From: Acidobacteriota bacterium
GTDB taxonomy: Bacteria; Acidobacteriota; UBA6911; RPQK01; JAJDTT01
Assembly (NCBI GenBank): GCA_965263035.1
Contig: OZ253580.1
Span: forward strand, 3,616,001-3,680,000
DNA length: 64,000 bases
Direction: 5' to 3'
The translations under genes and the position numbers were made by a program. The notes beneath the pieces are model-generated. The model searched no databases. It had not been told where the DNA came from and worked only from the letters and a program-made list of their open reading frames with translations. Positions 45,748 to 54,603 of this stretch are shown piece by piece. Position 1 is the stretch's first letter, and the number at the start of each line of letters is the position of its first letter.

Positions 45748-47475
45748 ATGCGCTCAAGAGTCGACCCCATCACTCGTGAAATCGTTCAGAACGCGCTCTC
45801 CTCGGGTGCGGACGAGATGGCGCTGGCCCTTTACCGCACCGCCTACTCCACCATCGTCAGGGACTGCCTGGATTACTCCACCTCCCTGTGCAACGCACGC
45901 GGGGAGATGATCGCCCAAGGCGTCACCATACCGCTGCACCTGGGTTCGGTGCCGCACGCCATGGAAACCCTCCTGGAGAAGTACGGCCGGAAGATGGAGC
46001 CGGGGGATGTCTTCATCATGAACGATCCCTTCGGCGGGGGGATGCACATACCTGATATCTACGTGGTGAAACCTGTTTTCTGGGAAGGGGAAATCGTCTG
46101 CTTCGCCGTGACGACGGCCCACCATCTGGACCTGGGGGGGAGATTGCCGGGAAGTTCGGCCTGCGACAACACGGAGATATTCCAGGAGGGGCTGCGCATC
46201 CCCTGGCTCAAGCTCCATCACCGGGGGGATCCGGACGAAGCGATCTTCGCCCTGCTGCGCACCAACGTCCGGGTGCCCGAGAAAACCGTGGGGGATCTCC
46301 GGGCACAGGTCGCCGCCTGCAATATCGGAGAGCAGGCAGTGAGGCGACTCATCGTTCGCTATGGCGCCGAGACCCTCTCTGCCTGCGGCGACGATCTCAT
46401 CGACTACACGGAAGAACTCATGCGCGCCGAGATCGCGTCCTGGCCCGACGGAACCAGCACCTTCGTGGACTATATGGACAGCGACGGCGTCGGCGGGCCC
46501 CGGGTTCGTTTCCAGGTCACCGTCACCATAGAGGACGACACCTTCACCGCTGATTTCAGAGGAACCGACCCTCAGGTCCGGGGCGCTCTCAATTCGACTC
46601 GCTCTTTCACCTGCGGGGCAGTGGCCGTGTGTGTGCGATGCGCCATGAGCGGGGATGTGCCCAACACGGCCGGGATGTTCCGTCCTCTGAACATCATCAC
46701 CGAACCGGGCACCGTCGCGGAGGTCGTGATGCCGGGAGCCTCTTCAATGCGCGGCGTGACCGGATTTCGCATGGTGGACACGATCTTCGGAGCCATGGCC
46801 GGGCTCCTTCCCGATCGCATCCTGGCCGCCGGAGAGGGCGGAAACACCCTGGTCGTTTTCGGGGGCCGCCACCGGGACCGGTCTCCCTACATCTACTACG
46901 AGTCGGTCACCGGCACCTGGGGAGGCCGGCCGGGGATGGACGGCAACGATGGTCTCTGCAATCCCATCGTCGTGGCCAGCAACATCCCGGTGGAGCAGGC
47001 GGAAGCCGAATACCCGGTGCGAATTCGGCGTTACGGCCTGGTGGGGGATACCGGAGGACCTGGAAAATACAGAGGAGGATTGGCCGTGGAACGGGAGTGG
47101 GAACTGCTGGAGGGCGAAACCCATCTCGCGATACGCTCCGACCGCCGCGATCATCTCCCCTACGGCTTATGCTCCGGGAAACCGGGAAAAGGTTCGATCA
47201 ACGTCCTCTACCGAAAGGACGGCAGCCAAGAAGTGCTCCCGGTCATGATCTCTACGACGATGAAAGCGGGCGAAGTCCTTTATCATCGGCAGGCTGGGGG
47301 CGGCGGATGGGGAGACCCGCTGGAACGGTCACCCGAATCGGTGCTGCGGGACGTGAAGAACGAGAAGGTTTCGCTCCGTTCCGCCCGGGAAGACTACGGC
47401 GTCACCTTGGATTTGGAGGACTGTCGGACCGGCGAGAGGGCTCAGGGTCGAAAACGGCAGCGACGAATGAAGTGA
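45748..47475 (+). CDS. Hydantoinase B / oxoprolinase family protein
   Basis: VDPIT.EIV.N, RTAYSTIVRD..DYS, HLGS, NDPF.GGMHIPD, HHLDLGG..PGS, EIFQEGL.IP, GPGKYRGG, GGGGWGDP.ER. Confidence 0.95.
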   Translation: MRSRVDPITREIVQNALSSGADEMALALYRTAYSTIVRDCLDYSTSLCNARGEMIAQGVTIPLHLGSVPHAMETLLEKYGRKMEPGDVFIMNDPFGGGMHIPDIYVVKPVFWEGEIVCFAVTTAHHLDLGGRLPGSSACDNTEIFQEGLRIPWLKLHHRGDPDEAIFALLRTNVRVPEKTVGDLRAQVAACNIGEQAVRRLIVRYGAETLSACGDDLIDYTEELMRAEIASWPDGTSTFVDYMDSDGVGGPRVRFQVTVTIEDDTFTADFRGTDPQVRGALNSTRSFTCGAVAVCVRCAMSGDVPNTAGMFRPLNIITEPGTVAEVVMPGASSMRGVTGFRMVDTIFGAMAGLLPDRILAAGEGGNTLVVFGGRHRDRSPYIYYESVTGTWGGRPGMDGNDGLCNPIVVASNIPVEQAEAEYPVRIRRYGLVGDTGGPGKYRGGLAVEREWELLEGETHLAIRSDRRDHLPYGLCSGKPGKGSINVLYRKDGSQEVLPVMISTTMKAGEVLYHRQAGGGGWGDPLERSPESVLRDVKNEKVSLRSAREDYGVTLDLEDCRTGERAQGRKRQRRMK

Positions 47476-47832
47476 AAGGGGAGATGTCGAACCGGTGCCT
47501 GGGTGGCCTCATCCCACCGGGTAAATGTCGCGGCAGGGGGGGGAAGAGAAGAACTGGTTCCGGTATTGTTACACGGGGGTCCTCTGCCGGGCGGAGGTCC
47601 GGCGAGTTTGTTCACCGGCTGGTGCCGAATGCGGACGGGTGCGCAAGTAACCATGAAGATTCACGATGACGGAGTTTTCCAAGTTGCTGGTAGCCCGGCG
47701 GAAAAGGTGCGACGGCGGCAGGCCGATTGCCGGTCGGCAGACGGCTCGGCTTCGAAGCCCCGTAGTGGAGACGACCCGGAAGGCAACCAAACCTTCGGCA
47801 CTTTTCTGAACCTCCCGAATTTTCCGTTTCCG

Positions 47833-49170
47833 GTGAAGTGGGCAATGCTGGCCGGCGCCATCTGGCTGCTGTCGTCGACGGCCGTTCTCAGCAGTGACGA
47901 CGAGGAGAAAAAAACCGCCGAGAAGCCTCCGGTCACGGTCGATCGGGCCTTGGGGAATGACCTGCCAAGCTGGGTCGATCTTTCCGGCGAGTTCCGGGTC
48001 CGCTACGAGGGTCGGCGGGCATTGGGCTACCGGCAAGGAAGCGACGACGGATACGGTCTGATCCGGACCCGTCTCGATTTGGGGATCACCCCTGTCTCTT
48101 GGCTGAAGTTCGGGTTTCAGGGACAGGATGCCGGTGCTCCGGGCATCCGTGACGGGTTGCCGAACATCGGAGTCTTCCGTGACGGGTTCGACTTGCGGCA
48201 GGCGTACGCTCAGATTGGGAGTGAAAAATCGCCGGTCACGTTGACTGTGGGCCGCCAGGTCCTGGCCTATGGAGATCAGCGTCTCATAGGCGCGTTGAAT
48301 TGGACGAACACCTCCCGAGCCTTCGACGCGGTGAAGCTCCAGTTCCGCGGCGACGGCGCCCGGGTCGATGTCTTCTCGGCGCAAGTGGTGCAGAACGACC
48401 CCGCCGTGCGAATCAACCGCTCGATGGAAGGGAACAACTTGCATGGCGTGTATGGCGCCATCGAAAACGTGATCCCTGGTTCCACCCTGGAACCTTACCT
48501 CCTATGGCAGTCGATCCGGTCCGTCGTCAACGAGTTGAACCAGAGAGGCGATCTCAACCGCTACACCATGGGATTGAGAGTGTGGGCGAAGGGTCTCGGC
48601 CCCTGGGACTACAACCTGGCCCTGGTCCGGCAGCGGGGCGATTTGGCTGGTGCGGAAATCCAGGCCTGGGGCTACTACGCTGAATTGGGCTATTCCATCG
48701 ATGCCGAATCGAGCCCGCGACTCTATGTTCATTACAACTTTGGCTCGGGTGACGAGGATGGCAGCGATGGCCGGGTCGGCGGCTTTGTGGACATTTATCC
48801 CACCGCCCACTTCCTGTACGGCTACAATGACCTTGTGGGCTGGCGCAATCTGAAGAACATCCGACTCGGAGCCGAGTTCAAGCCCCATCCGAAATTTGGA
48901 CTGCAATTCGATTTCCACTCCTTCTGGCTGGCCACAGGGAATGACGCCCTCTACACCGTGGCAGGGGCATTGTCCGTTGCGCCGCCGCCCGGAGGAGCCA
49001 CCGACCTGAAGGTCGGGAACGAGCTGGACGCCGTGTTCACCGTACCGGTTTCGAAGGCCGTGAGCCTGAGCGGCGGCATTGGCTACATGTTCCCTGGACC
49101 GTTTCTCAAGGCCAATACGCCGGGGGATGGGAACACCTTCTCCTACCTGGTCGCGTCGTACAAATTCTGA
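47833..49170 (+). CDS. Alginate export (AlgE-like) family outer-membrane porin
   Basis: GEFRVRYE, DLRQAY, GRQ.L.YGDQRLIG..NWTN..RAFD, GSGD, YPT.H..YG..D..GWRN; terminal YKF. Start uncertain (47652, 47833 or 47845). Confidence 0.8.
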   Translation: MKWAMLAGAIWLLSSTAVLSSDDEEKKTAEKPPVTVDRALGNDLPSWVDLSGEFRVRYEGRRALGYRQGSDDGYGLIRTRLDLGITPVSWLKFGFQGQDAGAPGIRDGLPNIGVFRDGFDLRQAYAQIGSEKSPVTLTVGRQVLAYGDQRLIGALNWTNTSRAFDAVKLQFRGDGARVDVFSAQVVQNDPAVRINRSMEGNNLHGVYGAIENVIPGSTLEPYLLWQSIRSVVNELNQRGDLNRYTMGLRVWAKGLGPWDYNLALVRQRGDLAGAEIQAWGYYAELGYSIDAESSPRLYVHYNFGSGDEDGSDGRVGGFVDIYPTAHFLYGYNDLVGWRNLKNIRLGAEFKPHPKFGLQFDFHSFWLATGNDALYTVAGALSVAPPPGGATDLKVGNELDAVFTVPVSKAVSLSGGIGYMFPGPFLKANTPGDGNTFSYLVASYKF

Positions 49171-49250
49171 CGCCGGGGTGGATCGGCGGCCTTGGTCTTC
49201 GCCGCAACGACATCCGGACCTGACGCTTTGGGCCGGGCTGCCGCCGGCTC

Positions 49251-49988
49251 CTATACCTGAGGCCTCTCCAACAGGACGGTGACCCCCATATCCAGGTATT
49301 TCTGGCGGGTATCGGGCGTGTAGTTTCGGAAGCAGACCTTGGTCTCGGATCCTCGAAGCTGCTCGCAGATGTGCCGGACACAGTCGTCGACGCTCTTGAA
49401 CGGGTGGTGGGGGTGGCTCTCCAGGCTGAAGGTCAGGTCCATGGGTCCGAAGGAGAGGCAGTCGACGCCCGGCTGAGCCAGTTGCCGGGCCGCAGTCACC
49501 GCCGCCACCGACTCGATCTGCATCCAGAGGACTCCCGTTTCCCCCCACCAGCGCCGGTACTCCCGATGATCGATCTCGGGATCCCAATTCAGCCGGTGAA
49601 AGCCGCCCCAACTGCGGACTCCCTGCGGAGCGTAGTAAAAGTTGTCCACTGCTTCACGAACAGTGTCCACGGTCTCGACCTGTGGAACCTCGATGCCTGC
49701 CGGGCCCAGATCCAGTACGTTTCCAATGAGGTAGGTATGCCGCGTGTGCTTGATGCGAAAATGCACCGGCATGTCCAGTTCGGCGGCCACTGTGCAGAAC
49801 CGGATCAGGTTCGTTTCATTGTAGGCGTCGTGCTGGCTGTCGACCCACAGGAAGTCATAAGAGTCGGCCTCGACGATGGAACGGAGTGTGTCCCCGTCGC
49901 TGTCGGGTGAAGCGGAAACGCCAACGATGGTTTCGCCGGAGTGGATGCGTTTCTTCAGAGCTGTAGCGCGGTCGCTGATTGACGGCAT
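49251..49988 (-). CDS. HpcH/HpaI aldolase / citrate lyase family protein
   Basis: DFLWVDSQH, LDLGP.GI.VPQVET, Y.PQG.RSWG, QIES, FGP.DL. AGGAGG RBS before ATG 49988. Confidence 0.88.
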   Translation of the reverse strand: MPSISDRATALKKRIHSGETIVGVSASPDSDGDTLRSIVEADSYDFLWVDSQHDAYNETNLIRFCTVAAELDMPVHFRIKHTRHTYLIGNVLDLGPAGIEVPQVETVDTVREAVDNFYYAPQGVRSWGGFHRLNWDPEIDHREYRRWWGETGVLWMQIESVAAVTAARQLAQPGVDCLSFGPMDLTFSLESHPHHPFKSVDDCVRHICEQLRGSETKVCFRNYTPDTRQKYLDMGVTVLLERPQV

Positions 49989-50029
49989 TGTGATCCTCCT
50001 GTCGGGGCGGTCAGCCAAGAAAAGGTCAG

Positions 50030-50035
50030 ATTATA
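50030..50035 (-). promoter_or_regulatory. Putative -10 element for the aldolase gene
   Basis: Perfect TATAAT on the minus strand about 40 bp upstream of the start, in a GC-rich background; no clear -35. Confidence 0.45.
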
Positions 50036-50154
50036 CACAGCGGAAGGGAAGGAGAAGAGGGTAGTGAAAGGTGTGCCGGGGTGCCGCGACGCGCCTCGGC
50101 GCGGGCTGGTAGACTCTCGCGGATCGAATCCGCCACTGAAGAACGAGGTGAACC

Positions 50155-51036
50155 ATGCGAAGACTGCCAGTTGGTCCTCTCTACTACGAGTACAGCCGGC
50201 ACAATGAGGTGCGTCTACGGATCGAGCCTGGAGAAAGGGTGCTGGTAGAGGCCGAAGATGCGTTTTCGGGGCAGGTTCGAACCAACGAGGATCGCCGCGA
50301 CCGGAAGGCGATCCCCTTCGGCAACCCGCAGACCGGTCCCATTTATGTCAACGGAGCGCAACCGGGGGATGCGCTGGCCGTCCATATCCACGAGATTCGC
50401 CCCAGCATCGGCCAATGCGCCACCCGTACCAGCGATCCCAGGCAGCTCGCCGAGTGGATCGGCACGGACTGTCCCCACGGCACTCACGTCTGCCCCATCC
50501 GCGACGGAAAGATCTACTGGAGCGACGAGATCACGATTCCGTATCGTCCCATGCTGGGTTGCATCGGGACGGCTCCGGACACGGGCGTGCCCACCACCGG
50601 ACCGGCGGGACCCCACGGGGGCAACATGGATATCATCGAGACCGGGCCCGGCAGCACTGTCTATCTGCCGGTCTACGTTCCGGGAGCCTACCTCTATCTC
50701 GGAGACGCCCACGCCGCCATGGGACACGGTGAGCTTTCGGCCAGTGGGCTCGAAATGCCTTCGGAGACGGTCATCACCGTGGACCTGATCCCCGGAAAGA
50801 CAATACCCGGACCCCGAATCGTGTCGGCGGAAGAGATCATGACCGTGGCCACCGGCTGTCCCATGGAACGCGCCACGGCTCAGGCTTACGCCTGGCTCAT
50901 CCTCTGGATGGAGGAGGAGTATGGCTGGAATCGCTGGAAGGCGTACGACCTGCTGACGCACGTGGGACGGATCTCGGTCGGCTATTACGCCATCGGGACG
51001 GTCGCCGCCAAGATCGCCAAGAAATATCTGGTTTGA
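50155..51036 (+). CDS. Acetamidase/formamidase family protein
   Basis: NPQTGPIYV.GA.PGD.LAV.I, PMLGCIGTAP, GPHGGNMD, LPV.VPGA.L.LGDAHAAMG.GE. Confidence 0.93.
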   Translation: MRRLPVGPLYYEYSRHNEVRLRIEPGERVLVEAEDAFSGQVRTNEDRRDRKAIPFGNPQTGPIYVNGAQPGDALAVHIHEIRPSIGQCATRTSDPRQLAEWIGTDCPHGTHVCPIRDGKIYWSDEITIPYRPMLGCIGTAPDTGVPTTGPAGPHGGNMDIIETGPGSTVYLPVYVPGAYLYLGDAHAAMGHGELSASGLEMPSETVITVDLIPGKTIPGPRIVSAEEIMTVATGCPMERATAQAYAWLILWMEEEYGWNRWKAYDLLTHVGRISVGYYAIGTVAAKIAKKYLV

Positions 51037-51037
51037 G

Positions 51038-51060
51038 GGGCCCGGCAGGGTGCCGGGTCC
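51038..51060. terminator. Hairpin between convergent genes
   Basis: GGGCCCGGCA-GGG-TGCCGGGTCC 10-bp stem (one G-U) right after the acetamidase stop. Confidence 0.45.
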
Positions 51061-51093
51061 GCACTCGGACATGCCGGGCCGCGCCGGAGCCAC

Positions 51094-51594
51094 TTACATC
51101 ACGGATTTCAACAGCTTCGGAGTGACGAACCAGACCAGGCTCCCCTCGCCCCAACGGACACTCCCCCACCGGTCCCGCGGCAGGTCGATCCTGGCCATGG
51201 CTGCGGTGGGAAACCTGATCTGGGCTCTCCCGATGAGGCGGCCGGCCAGCACGGAACAGGTGGGTTGGTGGCTGGCCAAAAGCAGGCGGGAATGGGAATC
51301 GGAGCAGCCCCGGATGATCTCCAACAGCTGGTCCGAGGTGGTGTCGTACAGGTCGCGCGTTGCTTCGATGGGACACGGCCAAGCGCCGGCTTGGGCGGCC
51401 AGTTCCACGGTCCGCCACGCCCGGACCGCAGAGGAGGAGATCACCCGGTCCGGGACCTGGCCCAACCGGGCCAGGTAACGTCCCATCCGTTCCGCGGCGG
51501 CGATACCGCGCCGCGCCAGCGGTCGATCGTGGTCGACGGCATACGCGGCGTTCCAATCCGATTTGGCATGCCGAAAAATGAGCAGTTGTTTCAT
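51094..51594 (-). CDS. sixA: SixA-type histidine phosphatase
   Basis: RHAKSDW, DHDRPL..RG, SSAVRA..T, LY, SHQP, FPTA. Confidence 0.88.
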   Translation of the reverse strand: MKQLLIFRHAKSDWNAAYAVDHDRPLARRGIAAAERMGRYLARLGQVPDRVISSSAVRAWRTVELAAQAGAWPCPIEATRDLYDTTSDQLLEIIRGCSDSHSRLLLASHQPTCSVLAGRLIGRAQIRFPTAAMARIDLPRDRWGSVRWGEGSLVWFVTPKLLKSVM

Positions 51595-51754
51595 GACCCG
51601 CTGAATCCTGCCATCATCCCACTTGCAGCCAGTCTACTACGGCCGAGCGTCGAGCCTGCAAGCCAGGGAGAGTGGAGATCGTTCTGCCGGGATCAACGTC
51701 AGATCCGGGTCGCCTGCAGCTCCAGGGAATCCGGCTCGGATCCAGGACCGCCTC

Positions 51755-52663
51755 GTGCGCTACTCATCCAGACCGACGCTGGAATTGTCGCCCGGAATGC
51801 CGGCCCATGAGGCTCTTGGTAAGATCCATTTGGCTCTGCTGAGCGCGATCCTCCGCAACCAGGAGGGTGTGCTCGGGAGTCGGGACCCGGAGTTCCTGCA
51901 CGATTTTCGCGTCGCCGTACGCCGAGCTCGATCGGCCCTGACCCAGGTCAAGGGAGTCTTCCCGGCAGGGGAGGCCGAACGCATCAAGGTCGTGCTCTCG
52001 TCCATGACCCGCGTGACCGGCCCTTCCCGGGATCTGGATGTCTTTCTGGAGAAGCTGGAGGCCTATGAGTCCGGCCTCTCGGAGCGGATCCGGCAAGAAC
52101 TGGTCCCGGTCAAGGAATTGGCCCGGCGCCGGCGCAGAGACCAGCGGCCCGTCCTGGCAAGGGTCCTGAACTCGGTGTCCTGGGCGGAAGCGGTAGGACG
52201 ATGGGAAGAGTTCCTGGTCTCGGGAACCGACCCCCAGGCGCTTCCCAAGAAGGGCCGAAGACCGCTTGGAGCCGTCGCCTCCAAGCGGATTCGGAAGGCC
52301 TATCGCCGGGTCACACGCAGAGAGAGTCTCGCCGGATTGGAGATCGAGTCGTTGCATCGGCTTCGGATCGACTGCAAGAAGCTCCGCTACCTGCTCGAGT
52401 TCTTTAGCAGCCTCTATCCGGCCCGGGAGGCGGCTTCCTCGATCAAGAGTCTCAAGTCTCTACAGGGCGTGCTTGGAGATATTCATGACTTGGCGGTCCA
52501 TCGGGAGATGGCACGGCGAATCTGGACGGAAATTCGTCCTCGACCCGAATCTTCAGTGGGTCTGGATCAGCTGGAGCGCCGCCTGGAGCAGCTTCAATCC
52601 CAGGCCCAAGACGCGACGGAGGAGAGGTTCCGGCGGTTCTGCGCCCAAGCTACTCCTTGGTGA
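51755..52663 (+). CDS. CHAD domain (polyphosphate-binding) protein
   Basis: DPEFLHDFRVAVRRARS, RDLDV, LHRLRIDCKKLRYLLE, LQ.VLGD.HD. Start uncertain (GTG 51755 or TTG 51623). Confidence 0.88.
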   Translation: MRYSSRPTLELSPGMPAHEALGKIHLALLSAILRNQEGVLGSRDPEFLHDFRVAVRRARSALTQVKGVFPAGEAERIKVVLSSMTRVTGPSRDLDVFLEKLEAYESGLSERIRQELVPVKELARRRRRDQRPVLARVLNSVSWAEAVGRWEEFLVSGTDPQALPKKGRRPLGAVASKRIRKAYRRVTRRESLAGLEIESLHRLRIDCKKLRYLLEFFSSLYPAREAASSIKSLKSLQGVLGDIHDLAVHREMARRIWTEIRPRPESSVGLDQLERRLEQLQSQAQDATEERFRRFCAQATPW

Positions 52664-52696
52664 GTCGCGGAAGGCGGTGTGGGCGAAGAATGGTGC

Positions 52697-52856
52697 CAGC
52701 CCGTGGCAAAAGTCGTCACGGCATTCGACCGTCCCCGCATCGTGCGCGGACTGTGTTGCGACTCGGTCACCTACTCCCGGTATGCTCCCTCCGTTGCGCC
52801 TGGTCCGGCGGGCGCAGGAGCGGTCTCGGCGCTCGCGGGACTTTCACCACGGACTG
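52697..52856 (+). mobile_element. MITE family A, copy 3 (160 bp)
   Basis: Same TIRs and body as the 13409 and 13797 copies. Flanks GTGC/GTAG (no intact duplication). Confidence 0.88.
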
Positions 52857-52880
52857 GTAGCGATTCCGCGCGGATTCGGA

Positions 52881-54389
52881 TCAGGAACAGCGAAGCGTAT
52901 AACCGCATGAACGGAGATACGCCGTCTCTTCATCCAGGTCGGCGCCGGTGAGGGGATGCAGCCGCAGCCATCCGGCGGGAAACTCCAAGGTCACTCGCTT
53001 CTCCTCGGCTCGGAGCCGAGGTTCGGGCATGGGGACCGAAACCCGGCTGCGATGCAACAGGGCCGAGAGCCGAAGCAGAATGGCCAGACGTTTCGCACTG
53101 AGAATCTGTTGTGCGGGCAACCCCTTGAACACCGAAACGGGGAACTTCCGCCGGTGCGCCCTGACCAGCGTGGCCAGGAGCTTCTGCTCCTCCCGCGAGA
53201 AGCCCAGCAGGTCGGAGTTGGCGATGATGTACTCGCCGTGCTTGTGGTAGTGATGGTGGGCGATGTCGAGTCCGATCTCGTGCAGTTGCGCCGCCCAGGA
53301 AACCATCAGCCGAGCTTCCCTGAAATCCAACTCCCAGCCTCGAGCGGCCTGCTCCAGGAAGTCCAGGGCCGTCGTCCGGATTCGATCCGCCTGTATCCGG
53401 TCCACATGGTAGCGGTCGGACAGTGAGGCGACGGTCTGGCTGCGGACATCCGCTTCCCGGATGCGGCCCAATAGATCGTAGAGAAGGCCCTCGCGCAGGG
53501 CGCCGTCGGCCGAACGCAGGTGCTCGATTCCCAGCGAATCGAACGCCGCCATGAGCACGACCAGTCCACCGGGGAAGACCCCTCGCCGCGCCGAGCGCAG
53601 TCCGTTGAACCGAAGCTTCCTGATGGTCCCCGTCTTGAGGATCGCATCTCGAAGACGCCGGAGAGCCTCGGGGGTGATCCCGTCGCGGCTCCAGCCGGCG
53701 TTCCGGACCACCGCCTGGATGGCGCGAACGGTGCCCGAAGCTCCCAGGGCCTCCTCCCAAGCGAAATCCCGATAGCGCGCCTGGACCGATTCGAACTCCT
53801 GGTGCGCCGCCAGTTCGGCTCGCTTCCAGCGATGGGAGGTAATTTCGCCGTCGCTGAAATAGGTGCGGCTCATGGAGACACAGCCCAGATAGAGGCTTTC
53901 CATGAGGACGGCATCGAAGGATTCCCCGGCGATCAGTTCGGTGCTGCCGCCACCGATGTCCACCACCAGCTTGCGTCCGGCCGGACTGGCCAGGCCGTGG
54001 ACGACGCCCTGGTAGATGAGCCGCGCCTCCTCGATACCGGAGATGGTCTCGATGGGGTGGCCCAGGGCGGCTTCAGCCCGGATCAGAAAATCCTGAGCGT
54101 CGTGAGCACTCCGGAAGGTGTTGGTCCCCACGGCGCGGACTCTTTCGGGAGCCATGTACATCACCCGCTGGCCGAAGCGCCTCAGGCAGTCGAGAGCACG
54201 AAGCTGGGCGTCGTGGGAGAGCCGCCTGGAAGAGTCGAGTCCAGCCGCCAGCTGGACCATCTCCCGCAGCCGATCCAGGACCATTACGTCTCCCGACCTG
54301 GCGCGCGCCACGATCATGTGGAAGCTGTTGGAGCCCAGGTCCACGGCGGCCACGGAATGTCGGTCGAGGGTTTCGATGTCTCGTTGCAT
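52881..54389 (-). CDS. ppx: Exopolyphosphatase Ppx/GppA
   Basis: AAVDLGSNSFH, VRAVGTN, ISG.EEARLIY, DIGGGSTE, GASGT, ALREG; HD-like LHEIG..I....YHKH. Confidence 0.96.
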   Translation of the reverse strand: MQRDIETLDRHSVAAVDLGSNSFHMIVARARSGDVMVLDRLREMVQLAAGLDSSRRLSHDAQLRALDCLRRFGQRVMYMAPERVRAVGTNTFRSAHDAQDFLIRAEAALGHPIETISGIEEARLIYQGVVHGLASPAGRKLVVDIGGGSTELIAGESFDAVLMESLYLGCVSMSRTYFSDGEITSHRWKRAELAAHQEFESVQARYRDFAWEEALGASGTVRAIQAVVRNAGWSRDGITPEALRRLRDAILKTGTIRKLRFNGLRSARRGVFPGGLVVLMAAFDSLGIEHLRSADGALREGLLYDLLGRIREADVRSQTVASLSDRYHVDRIQADRIRTTALDFLEQAARGWELDFREARLMVSWAAQLHEIGLDIAHHHYHKHGEYIIANSDLLGFSREEQKLLATLVRAHRRKFPVSVFKGLPAQQILSAKRLAILLRLSALLHRSRVSVPMPEPRLRAEEKRVTLEFPAGWLRLHPLTGADLDEETAYLRSCGYTLRCS

Positions 54390-54396
54390 CGGTCAG

Positions 54397-54452
54397 CAGT
54401 CCGCCGGGATGCAGGGACGGGCGAATGCCGTGACGACTTTTACCACGGGCTG
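54397..54452 (-). mobile_element. MITE family A, copy 4 (56-bp truncated derivative)
   Basis: Minus strand CAGCCCGTGGTAAAAGTCGTCACGGCATTCGCCCGTCCCTGCATCCCGGCGGACTG. Plus-strand flanks TCAG/CCAG. Confidence 0.8.
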
Positions 54453-54603
54453 CCAGGGTCACGCTGGGGTCGGCCGGCGGCGAAAGCCGGCACGGCATCT
54501 TCCGAACACTTGCATACCTGAATCCGTCCCGCCGCTCAAACCTGTTATCGGGCTCGCTTGCAGAATCGAAGCCTGTTGTGGTCCAATTTGCGGGAACATC
54601 ACG

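Noticed and set aside
52697-54452. A proven MITE-bounded composite transposon carrying ppx
   Set aside because: The outer flanks GTGC and CCAG do not form a duplication; kept only as a weak hypothesis.
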